From positions 10,331 to 74,330 of the IMG/VR virus record IMGVR_UViG_3300020034_000008: a stretch of 64,000 bases of DNA; one strand, written 5' to 3'. Both the position numbers and the translations under genes were made by a program. The first letter of the stretch is position 1. Each line of letters opens with the position of its first letter. The stretch is from a virus. This document shows, one piece after another, positions 27,483-37,794 of this stretch. The notes below the pieces were generated by a model. It made no database searches. It saw nothing but the letters and a program-made list of their open reading frames with translations, and was not told the origin of the DNA.

Positions 27483-28336
27483 TGGCTATTCTTCTTCGTA
27501 ACCCTCTCGCTCCTGGCGGTGCTTCTGCGTTCTCACGGCTTGCGCCACGTCCTCCAATCGTGGCTGGCGTTATCGCCGTTGCGTTCCGCCATCCGACTCC
27601 CCCGGTGTCTCGTGTGCCTGCTGGTGCGCGTATAGCTCCTGTCGAACGCGGTGCAGGCTCTGTTGGGCCACCTGTGGCACGTTTTGAGAGAGACAATGCA
27701 GGTTTTGTTAGTCCTAAAGTCGATAAAGGTAGACTGACTAATTTGCGCACACGTCGTGCTCATTTTTTCATGTTTAACCCAACAGAGATTAATCGTACAG
27801 ACGGTTGGTCTTGGTCTTCACACAGAGTCCCTGGTGCATCTCATCCTGTTGTCTCTGGCGGCTCTGGTGGTGATAGGAAGATTTCATTTACTCTCTACTT
27901 TGACGCTGACAGAGGGCGCTCTGACAGTCGACGAGAAGGTACAGGTGAGGCTTCGCTAGACTTAACCATGGAACTTAATGCTTGGCGCTCAATGACTTAT
28001 CCACAGGACTCTCGTAGCAACTCTCTTCCCGAGCGTGGTCCAGGTAGGTTCATATTGAACTATGGGCCACTGTTTAATGGAATTGAAGTTGTTGTAGACT
28101 CTGTTAATGTTAATGTAATAAGTATGACTCCTAAGCTACAACCTATGCGCGCTGTCGTGTCGATAGATTTAACAGAAGTTGTACGTAAGAGTATATTCTC
28201 AACAGACGAATTGCGCCTACCAGCCACCTCTGGAAAACTTCAATTTGATCTTGGCACTGCTCTTATTACATCGTCTGAGGCTTTTGATGTTGTAGAGGGT
28301 GGTGAAATCGATAACGGTGGAGCAGGGCCACTATAA
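27482..28336 (+). CDS. tube initiator / CIS-tube-like baseplate protein
   Basis: FMFNPTEI, GGSGGDRKISFTLYFD, PMRAVVSIDLTE. Confidence 0.75.
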   Translation: MAILLRNPLAPGGASAFSRLAPRPPIVAGVIAVAFRHPTPPVSRVPAGARIAPVERGAGSVGPPVARFERDNAGFVSPKVDKGRLTNLRTRRAHFFMFNPTEINRTDGWSWSSHRVPGASHPVVSGGSGGDRKISFTLYFDADRGRSDSRREGTGEASLDLTMELNAWRSMTYPQDSRSNSLPERGPGRFILNYGPLFNGIEVVVDSVNVNVISMTPKLQPMRAVVSIDLTEVVRKSIFSTDELRLPATSGKLQFDLGTALITSSEAFDVVEGGEIDNGGAGPL

Positions 28337-28716
28337 TGTCTGTAAGTGAAGAGAGCCGATACAACTTTACGGTGCGTATGCGCCAGGTTGATATGGCTGG
28401 TCAATTGGTTGAGCCAGAAAGGCTTGACCTTCCTTACCCGCGTACACCTGTTATTCGACGCAGTCGTCCTGATTTGCACGAGTACAAGGTTCGCGAAGGT
28501 GACACTTGGAGTAATATTGCTTCACGCTTTCTGCGTGGACGCTCTGATTTGTGGTGGGTTATTGCTGAGTTTACAGGGGTTGTAGACACATTCGAAGAGT
28601 TAGTTGTAGGAGCTATTCTTCGCATTCCGTCGTTTGAGATGGTGATGTTTGATGTGTTGAATTTCGCTATTGAGCAGCCGCGTAGAGACTCTGCATTCAC
28701 TGACGAAGGTACGTAA
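28336..28716 (+). CDS. LysM-domain baseplate protein
   Basis: YKVREGDTWSNIA...LWWVIAE...GAILRIP. Confidence 0.85.
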   Translation: MSVSEESRYNFTVRMRQVDMAGQLVEPERLDLPYPRTPVIRRSRPDLHEYKVREGDTWSNIASRFLRGRSDLWWVIAEFTGVVDTFEELVVGAILRIPSFEMVMFDVLNFAIEQPRRDSAFTDEGT

Positions 28717-28718
28717 CA

Positions 28719-30068
28719 GTGGCAAAGGGTGATGTCTATACAGACTATATGTACCCGATGGTCATCGTTAGAACCACGGCTGGATCTGTATTTGACACAG
28801 AAGTCATTGAACGTATGACGTCTTTTGAGTTTCATGATGAGTTGAATAAGGTTGATATGGCAAGGCTTCACATTAGCTATGATGAAGCCTTTGCGAGAAA
28901 TGATCCGTTCGAAATTGATTCACGTTGGATTTTTCGTTGGGGTTATCCTCACGACATGTCTAATCCGCGTGAGATGAGACTAAAGTTCTACGAGCCAGAC
29001 TTTCCGCAAGATGGTGCGCCTGTTTGTCTGTTAACGTTTATGGCTGCTGGAGCTATTAAACTTACACAGGTAAAGAAGGCATCAAATTGGGGTTTAGTAA
29101 CAACATCTGAGATCGCAAAGAAATTAGCTAAGCGATATCATCTAAAGTCAGACGTAGATGATTCGAATGATAAGATGCCTGAACCATATATGCAGCCTTC
29201 CAACTTAAGTGATTGGGAGTATCTACATATGCTGGCAGATGAAGCTGACTTTGAAGTTGTTATTGAGAACGGTATATTGTTCTACAAGAGTAGAGATACT
29301 AAGCGTAATGAGGCTCCAAGAGTGGAACTTGTATATGGTGGTGACTATATGCCATCGCCATTGCTTCGCTTCCACCCTAAAATCTCAGGTAAAAAGGGCA
29401 AAGTTAAAGTCTCGTCTGCAAATACAAAATCAGGTAAGCATGCGCAGAGTGTGGCATCTAATGCGACTACTAGTCAGAAAACATCTTTAGGCCATTTGCC
29501 ACCACAGCCTGCACACCCGATAGACGTTGACTCGCACCCTAAAGGTACTGTTGATAGAGAAGTAAGTGCTATGGGCGAGACTAAAAAGAAAACGATCTTC
29601 AGTGCAGAGCTAGAGACTGGTGTATTAACTGGACTTGAGTTGAAAGACTCTGCTGATCATTCAATTACAAGTGCAACTACACAAGATAATAAAGCTAAAC
29701 AACTTGCCACATCTATAAAGAGAAGCTTCTTAGAGCGTGCAGTTGAAGCTGAAGCTGAGTGCATTGGTAGTCCACGTTTCCGTGCGAAGATCAATTTCAG
29801 CATTCAGGTACCTGAACGTAGATTAAGCGGACTTTGGTATGGACATGGCGCTGTACACAAGATTGACAGCAATGGGTATAACACACGCTTAGACCTTAAG
29901 CGTGGCGCGTACAATGTACCTAAAGCTAAACGCACCAAAGATGCACCAAAGACTAACGACAGTGGTGTTAAAGGTGCAGGAGATTTGCTTAAGATTTATG
30001 GTGTAGACGTCAACGACGGTGTAAACGGCTTTCTGTTTGGTCCACGTAGGTCAGTAGATTCAAAGTAA
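28719..30068 (+). CDS. baseplate hub (gpD/VgrG-N/gp27-like)
   Basis: WGYP, QPSNLSDWEYL..LAD, IGSP, LSGLWY....H...GY.T. Confidence 0.85.
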   Translation: MAKGDVYTDYMYPMVIVRTTAGSVFDTEVIERMTSFEFHDELNKVDMARLHISYDEAFARNDPFEIDSRWIFRWGYPHDMSNPREMRLKFYEPDFPQDGAPVCLLTFMAAGAIKLTQVKKASNWGLVTTSEIAKKLAKRYHLKSDVDDSNDKMPEPYMQPSNLSDWEYLHMLADEADFEVVIENGILFYKSRDTKRNEAPRVELVYGGDYMPSPLLRFHPKISGKKGKVKVSSANTKSGKHAQSVASNATTSQKTSLGHLPPQPAHPIDVDSHPKGTVDREVSAMGETKKKTIFSAELETGVLTGLELKDSADHSITSATTQDNKAKQLATSIKRSFLERAVEAEAECIGSPRFRAKINFSIQVPERRLSGLWYGHGAVHKIDSNGYNTRLDLKRGAYNVPKAKRTKDAPKTNDSGVKGAGDLLKIYGVDVNDGVNGFLFGPRRSVDSK

Positions 30069-30074
30069 CCTAAA

Positions 30075-30611
30075 GTGAAATATAATGGCAAATATTTTGG
30101 ACTTGTACGAGATACAAATGATCCAGAGCAACGAGGAAGGATACGTTTATTCTGCCCGGAGGTTATGGGCGGGATCGACAATGCAAATCAATGGCTTGAT
30201 TGGGCACTCCCGTGTTTTCCATGGTTCGTCAATCAAGGTATTGGACTCAATTTCATCCCACCCAAAGGTGACGTGTGGGGAGTTTGGGTTGAATTTAGAC
30301 AGGCCGATATAAAGTACCCAATCTGGACAGGTGTATTTCCTCTTGGCAACTTACGAGTAGATCAAACAAAAACAACATTCCAAGCTGAAGAAAGACTATT
30401 ACTTGGTAAGGATGCAGATGAAGCGGCTGTATTGGGAAATACGTTTGTTAGTTTCTTTAATGAGTTCTTTGATCAGATTACAATTGAGACACACCCAACA
30501 GCGGTTGGACCGTCTGGACCACCGTTGAACATTGCTGCTTATTCGGCTCTTAAGGCGAAATTAAACACACTGCTTAGTAACTATGTGTTTGTAAAGAAGA
30601 CTTCGCCATGA
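30075..30611 (+). CDS. baseplate spike (gpV/gp5 OB-fold)
   Basis: GKYFGLV...DPEQRGRI, WALPC, VWVEF...YPIWTG, C-terminal HPTAVGPSGPP. Confidence 0.88.
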   Translation: MKYNGKYFGLVRDTNDPEQRGRIRLFCPEVMGGIDNANQWLDWALPCFPWFVNQGIGLNFIPPKGDVWGVWVEFRQADIKYPIWTGVFPLGNLRVDQTKTTFQAEERLLLGKDADEAAVLGNTFVSFFNEFFDQITIETHPTAVGPSGPPLNIAAYSALKAKLNTLLSNYVFVKKTSP

Positions 30612-31129
30612 GTCTGAACAGTGCAACATTGCAGGTTAGTTTAGCAACTCTATTTAGCGGAGCGTTCGTGTTTCCTGGCGAAGTTGTAGGTAGGTGGCCG
30701 GTCGACAAAGCCGAATGTGCTTATGCCTGGACAAAGTGCTACGCAGACTATGCTGCTACAGCACAATCCTGCCAAGGTGTCAATCCCTCAACTTTGGTTT
30801 CAGCTAGAGCAACCATGCAGTCTGCACTTTTACTAGCTTTAGACACAATTGATCCGGCATCATGTGCCAGCGCTATTGCTGCTGCTATGACTGCTTTTTG
30901 GCTTACGCCACCTATTGTATTCACAGGAGCTACAGCAGGATTAGTTAGCTCTGTTACAGGCACAGCAGCTTTACAGTCTACGCTTATTTTAAATTGGGCG
31001 TCTAATGTTGCCGCACACATCTCTGCTCAAGATGCTGCTACACAACATGCTTCTGTATTTGACACATTTACAAAAACAGTAATTGTAGCTCACATTGCGC
31101 CTGGCGCGTGCTCTGCACCGTTGGCGTAA
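30608..31129 (+). CDS. Ala-rich baseplate-associated protein
   Basis: Coupled to the spike gene. Confidence 0.6.
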   Translation: MSLNSATLQVSLATLFSGAFVFPGEVVGRWPVDKAECAYAWTKCYADYAATAQSCQGVNPSTLVSARATMQSALLLALDTIDPASCASAIAAAMTAFWLTPPIVFTGATAGLVSSVTGTAALQSTLILNWASNVAAHISAQDAATQHASVFDTFTKTVIVAHIAPGACSAPLA

Positions 31130-31138
31130 GGAGATTAC

Positions 31139-34100
31139 ATGGGTGCGGTAGTTCAAATTAATGCAGTGTCAACGCGCGTAAAAGACGTGCCGTTTGGTGT
31201 TGCTGTGTCTTTATTGAATGCATCTCTTGGTGGTGTCACCTCTCAGAAGTGGGAAGTAGTTGCGTACTCACAAGACATTTACGGTAACGAGCCAGACCCA
31301 GCTAACTACTCTGGTTGGACACTTACAGGTAAAATCTTTAGTCGTACGCAATCTGGCACATACCCTGCTGTTACGTTTACGCCTGACATTTCTGGTAATT
31401 ATATAATTCGTCTTACAGACACAACTAATGTTGATCCATTACTGTGGACTATTCAGACTGCTGTTGTTCGCGTAAAGGATCAATTATCTGGTGGCTATAT
31501 ACCTGCGCCAGGAGAAAACGATGAAGTTGACACAGACCGTGGATGGTCTTTAGAGCGTAATCAAGACCTACGCATACAAGCTAGGTTTGCTGCATATGGC
31601 GGTCATATGCGAGTTGTAAACCTAACAGGTTCGACAATTGCGAGAGGAAAAATCTGTAAGGTTATCGGCTTTACAGATATGCACACTGTCGGTGGAAGTG
31701 CTGTTCCTGGTGGTTCTACCGTACGTAGAGAGCGTATTGCTAAAGTACAAGTAGCTAACTCCAGCGACAGCGACGCCACAAACGCAGTCTATGTGCTGGT
31801 AACTGAGCCTGCTGGTTTACTTAATAATGGAACTAGTTATGCTCTGCGCAATGGCATGTTCGAAGGTGTTAATCCTAGTACAGGCGGTGTTAGTGTAAAC
31901 TTCTCTGGTTTTACAGTTGCAGCACTCGTCTATCTGAATACAACAGGTGACATAGTAAGTGCTCCTGCTGGCTCGAACACTGTAGCTATTGGACGATGTA
32001 TTGAAAATGGTTCAGACGGTGATATGCTGTTTGATGGATCATTTTCACGATCGTTTACCAGTAAGTTTATCGTTCAAGGTACGGTTGACTCTCAGTTACC
32101 AAACGCACAATTTTTAGGGGCTTTAGGTACAGGGCTTGTAAAGAACACGACAACAACAGGTGTGTTGTCTATAGCTGCATCTGGTACTGATTACGAAGTT
32201 CCTTTGACTTTCTCTACCCCTGGTAATACTCGAACAGGAAATAACGTTACAGCAGACTACATCACAGGTAAGGCAGGCAATCAGCAGTGGTACGGCGGTT
32301 TTGCGTCTGGTGACGGTTTAACCATTGACGCAAACTTTAATGCAACTAAAGGTCCACTACGTTTGAATGCTGCACGTATGGGCTTCAATCGTGTGGCTGG
32401 GTCGTCGAATATGTACGATTTCGACCTTACTCAGACGTTCAATCAAGACGACACAACTACGTTAGATGCATTCTTCATTCGTGGTAGTACGGTAACATTC
32501 AACGAAGACATAAACATAAACTCGGCTACGCGAGTTGCATACGTATCGATTGGACAGCCTACGTTTTTGAATGCGTTCGATAACGACATTGGTCCTACGC
32601 CAGACGGAATCTCGACACTTTGGATCGAGGGCGAGCCAATTTGTGATGGCTGGGATGATGAAGAAAACAAATGGGCTGTTTACGTAAAGAGTGGTGATGT
32701 CAGAGCAGCTTCTGGCAACGTCTGGGTTGGTGGTTTCAGTGGCGTTCAACTTGATCGTAATGGCAATCAAGCTATACAGAAGCTAATTGGTGGTTCATTA
32801 AGTGTAGTCAACTTAGTTCCTTCTCAACCACTCAATTTTGGTGTCAGTGGAAATACACTGGCTGTTCGTATAACTACACCTAGTGGCAACGTCGGCTTGT
32901 CTGTTGCTCCTGGTGCAGCTAACCGACTGCGCGTTAACTCGTCACAGACTGTGGCTAGCGGAGCTAGCGCAACGCTTGACTCTGTGTACTTTGATCCTTC
33001 TACTATAACCATCACTGGTGTTACTACGATTGCTACTGCTCTTGGCTTCAATCAGCATACGTTTGCTGCGCCAGTGCTTAATGGCGCTGTAACAATTGGA
33101 GTAGCTGCTACGGTTGCTATTTCTGGTGCGCCGAGTGGCACAGCTACAATTACGCAACCGTTATCATTGTGGGTTCAGGCTGGCAACGTTCGTATCGCTA
33201 GTTTAAATGGTTTGCTGAAAGGTACAACTGGCATTGTTGGTGTGGCCACTGCTGGTACAGATTACTCACTGCCGATCGCAGCTGCTGACACGACAGTCAT
33301 TTTCCCCACGGCGACCACTGTACGAGTCAATTTGTTGCCGTCTAAGTTCGTTGTGCAAGGCACGACAGACACTATGTTGCCGAATGCACAGTTTCTAGGT
33401 GCGTTGGGGACAGGGCTTGTCAAGAACACAACTACCACTGGTGTTCTGTCTATTGCAGCTGCAGGTACAGATTTTGAGAGTCCGCTGACTTTTAACAGCG
33501 GTTTGACTCGTGCTACTAATACAGTTACCAATGATTTGTTCACAGGTAAGGGTGCTGGTCAAAGTGTTGTAGGCGCTACTTCAAATGGAGGATTTTTAAC
33601 TCTTAGCTCGTCATCTGGAACTAAAGGTTTGATTAATTTTGGAGCGAGTAATTACGATGAATTAGGTAATGTATTAAATGTAATAGGGTCCTCTACTTCA
33701 CAGAATACTCCTGTTGTTACAGTACAGTCTACAAGTGCGTCTGGTGTGGCACCGATTCATTTTAAAATTAACGGTGTGTTGCGTGGTGGACTTCGCGGCG
33801 ATTCTTCTGGTAGCATGACGTGGTTTGCTCAGGGTGCTAATCATTACTTCTTAACAGGTGGTGAATTTGGAGTAGGGTCTATTAAGGCCAAAATTTTTGC
33901 TAATGGTAATTTCCTTGTTAGTGATCCTGGAGTTAGTTTTGACGCTACAGATTCGGGTGCCCAGTTTGGTACAAGTGGGACGTCAAGTGGGTCGCAAGTA
34001 ACTCGTTTTGCTACCAATCCGGCTAGTATTGTAGCAGCTAGTGGCGCAGCACTTGATGCTCACAGCTGGGACAATGTTTTAATCTCGTTGACTGGTAGCA

Positions 34101-35818
34101 CTACCATCACTAATGCGGCTGGATTTAATTTTGCAATTTTCAATGCGCCATCACTACTTGGTGCCAGCCCTGTTACGGTAACGCATGCCGGTACCTTGGT
34201 AGTGTCTGGCCCACCAAATCCTGGCCCGAATATAACTATTACGAATGGGTATGCGTTTTGGGTAAGGTCTGGCACCACGAAGCTTGCTGGTACTGTTATA
34301 GCTGGATCTTTAAATGGAATGTTGAAAGGTGTAAGTGGTACATTAACTGTTGCCACAGGTGGAACCGATTTTGCCTTGCCATCAGTCAATATAATAGCCG
34401 GTACCGGTCTTACTGGTGGTGGCACTATTGCAACAGATGTTACTTTGAATGTTATTGCTAACGCAGATAACTCTATAGTCGTAAACGCTAACGATATACA
34501 AGTTGGAGTTATAAACGATACACAACATGGCAATCGTGGCAACGGAGCTTTACATACAGTAGCTACCACATCTGTAAATGGATTCTTTGCTGCAACAGAT
34601 AAAAGCACACTTGCTAACTCTAAATTCTTTGTTGGCAACTCAACTAATGCACCAGCCTCTGCTCAAAATCTAGGTGCTCTAGCATCAGGCATGTTGAAGC
34701 ACACTGTATCTACAGGTACATCAACTATTGCTGTTGCTGTCTCTGGCACAGATTTTGAGTTACCACTGACGTTTAGCACAGGACTAACGAGAGCTACTCA
34801 AACTATCACTGTTGACTTATCTACAGGCAAAGGCACAGGTCAAAGTGTGTATGGTGGTCTTACTTCAGGTGATCTAACACTTCACTCTAATACTAGTTCT
34901 AATGGAAAGATTTTCTTTAGCTCAAGTAACAATGGGTTTAATGAGTCTACAGGTAATTTTTGGCTTGGGCTATCTTCTCCAATTAGTTCTGCTCTGGTCC
35001 ATATAAATCGTGATAGTAATGCTATTAATGAGTTGTTTAACACCAATCCAAACACAGGTGGTGCTGCTGGTTCAGCGTTTATACTTGGATTAGATATAAC
35101 TAGTGATACAACCAAATATTTACAAATGAAAATGTTTGGTACTTCTTTTACAACGTCGGGTCTTATATCTGCCCAGGCAGGTATAATTGAACATAAACCA
35201 TCAAACGGTGCGCCATTTTTACTTAGTCAAGCTGGTACTGGTGATGTTGTATGGACTACTACTAGTAGTGTTACAGAGAGAATGCGGCTGTTTAATAATG
35301 GACACTTTCAGATCGGATCGGTAGCAACTGACCAAGCTGCTCAATTCTCTCTGACTGGTACGTCAACTACGGCCCAGGTAATGCGTTTGAAGACAACACC
35401 AGCTACACTAACTGCGTCTACGAGTTTAGTGCTTAACGCCTATAGCTGGGATCCAGTAACAGTTACTTTGTCGGGTGGAACTAACGTAGACACATCATCT
35501 GGGTTAAATCTTATCAGCATAAATTCTCCTAATTATACAAACAGTAGTGCTATGACAGTTAAAAATGCTGCAACTCTAGCTATTACTGGAGCGCCTGGTG
35601 GTGGTGGAAGTCTCAGTATTACCAATCGTTACGCGTTTTGGGTGCAAAATAATTTGTCCAGATTTGACGGCAATTTTGCATCTCCGTGGTTCGTTATTTT
35701 TGAGGTACCGGATCAAACATCACCTGCTGAACTTGGTACACCATTTAAAACCTTACCTGTTAAGGTGGTTGGTGATTCTACTGTTTATCACATTTTGTTA
35801 TACACTGATGCTGGTTAA
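31139..35818 (+). CDS. large repeated tail fibre/adhesin (1559 aa)
   Basis: Gly/Thr/Ser-rich; three ~427 aa modules; AGGAG RBS. Confidence 0.8.
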   Translation: MGAVVQINAVSTRVKDVPFGVAVSLLNASLGGVTSQKWEVVAYSQDIYGNEPDPANYSGWTLTGKIFSRTQSGTYPAVTFTPDISGNYIIRLTDTTNVDPLLWTIQTAVVRVKDQLSGGYIPAPGENDEVDTDRGWSLERNQDLRIQARFAAYGGHMRVVNLTGSTIARGKICKVIGFTDMHTVGGSAVPGGSTVRRERIAKVQVANSSDSDATNAVYVLVTEPAGLLNNGTSYALRNGMFEGVNPSTGGVSVNFSGFTVAALVYLNTTGDIVSAPAGSNTVAIGRCIENGSDGDMLFDGSFSRSFTSKFIVQGTVDSQLPNAQFLGALGTGLVKNTTTTGVLSIAASGTDYEVPLTFSTPGNTRTGNNVTADYITGKAGNQQWYGGFASGDGLTIDANFNATKGPLRLNAARMGFNRVAGSSNMYDFDLTQTFNQDDTTTLDAFFIRGSTVTFNEDININSATRVAYVSIGQPTFLNAFDNDIGPTPDGISTLWIEGEPICDGWDDEENKWAVYVKSGDVRAASGNVWVGGFSGVQLDRNGNQAIQKLIGGSLSVVNLVPSQPLNFGVSGNTLAVRITTPSGNVGLSVAPGAANRLRVNSSQTVASGASATLDSVYFDPSTITITGVTTIATALGFNQHTFAAPVLNGAVTIGVAATVAISGAPSGTATITQPLSLWVQAGNVRIASLNGLLKGTTGIVGVATAGTDYSLPIAAADTTVIFPTATTVRVNLLPSKFVVQGTTDTMLPNAQFLGALGTGLVKNTTTTGVLSIAAAGTDFESPLTFNSGLTRATNTVTNDLFTGKGAGQSVVGATSNGGFLTLSSSSGTKGLINFGASNYDELGNVLNVIGSSTSQNTPVVTVQSTSASGVAPIHFKINGVLRGGLRGDSSGSMTWFAQGANHYFLTGGEFGVGSIKAKIFANGNFLVSDPGVSFDATDSGAQFGTSGTSSGSQVTRFATNPASIVAASGAALDAHSWDNVLISLTGSTTITNAAGFNFAIFNAPSLLGASPVTVTHAGTLVVSGPPNPGPNITITNGYAFWVRSGTTKLAGTVIAGSLNGMLKGVSGTLTVATGGTDFALPSVNIIAGTGLTGGGTIATDVTLNVIANADNSIVVNANDIQVGVINDTQHGNRGNGALHTVATTSVNGFFAATDKSTLANSKFFVGNSTNAPASAQNLGALASGMLKHTVSTGTSTIAVAVSGTDFELPLTFSTGLTRATQTITVDLSTGKGTGQSVYGGLTSGDLTLHSNTSSNGKIFFSSSNNGFNESTGNFWLGLSSPISSALVHINRDSNAINELFNTNPNTGGAAGSAFILGLDITSDTTKYLQMKMFGTSFTTSGLISAQAGIIEHKPSNGAPFLLSQAGTGDVVWTTTSSVTERMRLFNNGHFQIGSVATDQAAQFSLTGTSTTAQVMRLKTTPATLTASTSLVLNAYSWDPVTVTLSGGTNVDTSSGLNLISINSPNYTNSSAMTVKNAATLAITGAPGGGGSLSITNRYAFWVQNNLSRFDGNFASPWFVIFEVPDQTSPAELGTPFKTLPVKVVGDSTVYHILLYTDAG

Positions 35819-35860
35819 TAGTTTCCTAGTCAGTAGTTATAAATAAAAGGCGAAGTAACT

Positions 35861-36334
35861 GTGTCCCTAATTGAACAAAGGAAAATGAACATGGGAAAAG
35901 AAGCCAGGAACAAGAAGGAAGCATCGGTAATTGTTAGTCCTATTGAGTTAACAGATCGTGAAAGATTTTTTCTCTTTATGTGGATGGAGCAAGCTGTTCC
36001 GTCAACTGAGATTGAAGATAAACGTCGATACACTGAAACGTACGAGCAGCTTAAGCTAGACGAAATTCAGGAAGAGATTGTAACGCTTGGTGGCAAAGGC
36101 ACAACAAATCTTGAATTTAAATTTGAACACTCTGATCTTAGAAAGGAACCAGGTACTGGTAGCTTGTTCGACATTACTAAAGCTACTAGCGATTATATGA
36201 ATAAATTCTTCACAGCAAAAGAACCACCTATGTCTGGTCCTTATGTTCGTCATCTTCTTCCTGTGCAGGAGAGAACTATTCTGTACTCTGCTGGCAACTA
36301 CAAGGTTCCATCACAATTGAAAGAGGTTGGATAA
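35861..36334 (+). CDS. hypothetical protein, possible fibre chaperone
   Basis: Soluble charged protein directly after the fibre; start uncertain. Confidence 0.6.
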   Translation: MSLIEQRKMNMGKEARNKKEASVIVSPIELTDRERFFLFMWMEQAVPSTEIEDKRRYTETYEQLKLDEIQEEIVTLGGKGTTNLEFKFEHSDLRKEPGTGSLFDITKATSDYMNKFFTAKEPPMSGPYVRHLLPVQERTILYSAGNYKVPSQLKEVG

Positions 36335-36705
36335 TGAAGAATTTTATTCTGTTATCTGCTATCGCTTTTACACTTTCTTGCAGTCATATTCCACCAACAG
36401 TAGTTGACACTACACAGACGATCGCTGTCGATTGTTTGGCACCAGCAGTTAGAGATGTCGCTACGTCACTTCTAGACGACGTTGCTTCCGCTTTGCTTAC
36501 TGGTGGCGATTGGAAAGCTGCTGTTAATAATATTGCTACTCGTATCAAGACTAATGGAATGGAAGCAGTTTGGTGTGCTGTTAATTACATTAAAGCAGAG
36601 GCAACAACTAAATTGTTTGCTAGCAAACGAATGGATGATGCAACAGTAGCACGACAGCAACTTATGTATGACCGAGCTAGCGCTTGGTTAGCAGACCACA
36701 AGTGA
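36334..36705 (+). CDS. lipoprotein
   Basis: Signal peptide with TLSC lipobox; helical body with two more Cys. Confidence 0.7.
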   Translation: MKNFILLSAIAFTLSCSHIPPTVVDTTQTIAVDCLAPAVRDVATSLLDDVASALLTGGDWKAAVNNIATRIKTNGMEAVWCAVNYIKAEATTKLFASKRMDDATVARQQLMYDRASAWLADHK

Positions 36706-37409
36706 GTGAAATAGCCGTCATAAACAGGTCACGTCTCTCTGACACGGAGGTTGCATTCATGACGGCTGGATGCGACCTTCAGCTTAGAGAGCACTTCTTG
36801 CCTTTATGGGAGGGAGTCGAGTACACGCCTATTCGTTTTTATTCTAATGAAAAGGATTTGCCTCTAGTCTCAGATCTTGTTCGTTTGATGGTAATTGCTG
36901 ACGTTATAGACGAGCCAGGTGCCTTGGGCTATCACACTATGGACCCAATGATTCACGGTATTGTGCTGGCTCAGTCTGATGGATCTACAAGTTCTATTTT
37001 ATCACATGAGATTTTAGAGATGGCTGTAGATCCTCCAGCTAGTCGTTGGACTATGATGCCTGACGGGCGTTATGTTGCTGAAGAGATATGTGATCCTGTA
37101 GAAGCAGACTACTATCTTATAGATGTAGAAATATTTGGTGATAAGAAGCCTGTACTCGTTTCTGACTTCGTTACACCTGCGTGGTTCCTTAAAACAGGAC
37201 TAGGCCCTTATAGTTACCTTGATCGTGCTCCTGCGCCGTTTATGTTGGCACCTGGTGGTTATATGATTGTGCGAGAGGGACATAATATATACGATGTATG
37301 GGCAGCTAAACCTGACGCATCAGTCAATACTGTCACACAGTCAGCCATAACCAGAGCACGCAAAGTGTGGTCACGCACAAGCAGGTTAAGAGCACGAGGC
37401 GTGCGATAA
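36702..37409 (+). CDS. putative metal-dependent hydrolase (HExxE motif)
   Basis: GALGYH, SHEILEMAVDP, EEICDPVE, VSDFVTPAWF; GTG overlapping the previous stop. Confidence 0.55.
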   Translation: MSEIAVINRSRLSDTEVAFMTAGCDLQLREHFLPLWEGVEYTPIRFYSNEKDLPLVSDLVRLMVIADVIDEPGALGYHTMDPMIHGIVLAQSDGSTSSILSHEILEMAVDPPASRWTMMPDGRYVAEEICDPVEADYYLIDVEIFGDKKPVLVSDFVTPAWFLKTGLGPYSYLDRAPAPFMLAPGGYMIVREGHNIYDVWAAKPDASVNTVTQSAITRARKVWSRTSRLRARGVR

Positions 37410-37413
37410 ACAA

Positions 37414-37794
37414 ATGGCAACTGGGTGGGGCAGGCAGTCGTGGGGGCCAGACGTTGGTGCTGGCGGTGGATCTGCCGACAGTACCGGGCCTGTTATTACT
37501 AACGTTACTCCTGCACAAGGTGTACGACGTGGCTCAACACAGTCAGTTCAATTTGATGTTACAGACGATGTTGCTTTAAGAAGAGTCTTTCTTTACGCCA
37601 ACTTCTCTGTTGACAAAGCATCAGAAGTTGTATGGAATGGTCTTATATTTTTATTCCCATACGGTCTGTCTATTCGTACAGAGCTTATAGCTGGCAGGTC
37701 TTATCGTTATATAATTAGTCGTCAAGGTGGTTGGCCAACAAATGATCTGGCTCTAACAGTTAATGCAATTGACTCGTCAGCTAATGAAGCATAA
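37414..37794 (+). CDS. Ig-like virion protein
   Basis: DSTGPVITNVTP...FDVTDD...LTVNAIDSSANE pattern. Confidence 0.6.
   Translation: MATGWGRQSWGPDVGAGGGSADSTGPVITNVTPAQGVRRGSTQSVQFDVTDDVALRRVFLYANFSVDKASEVVWNGLIFLFPYGLSIRTELIAGRSYRYIISRQGGWPTNDLALTVNAIDSSANEA

Noticed and set aside
35838-35845. T4 late promoter TATAAATA
   Set aside because: Only one intergenic instance noticed, not found before the other late genes; no gp55-like sigma in the window
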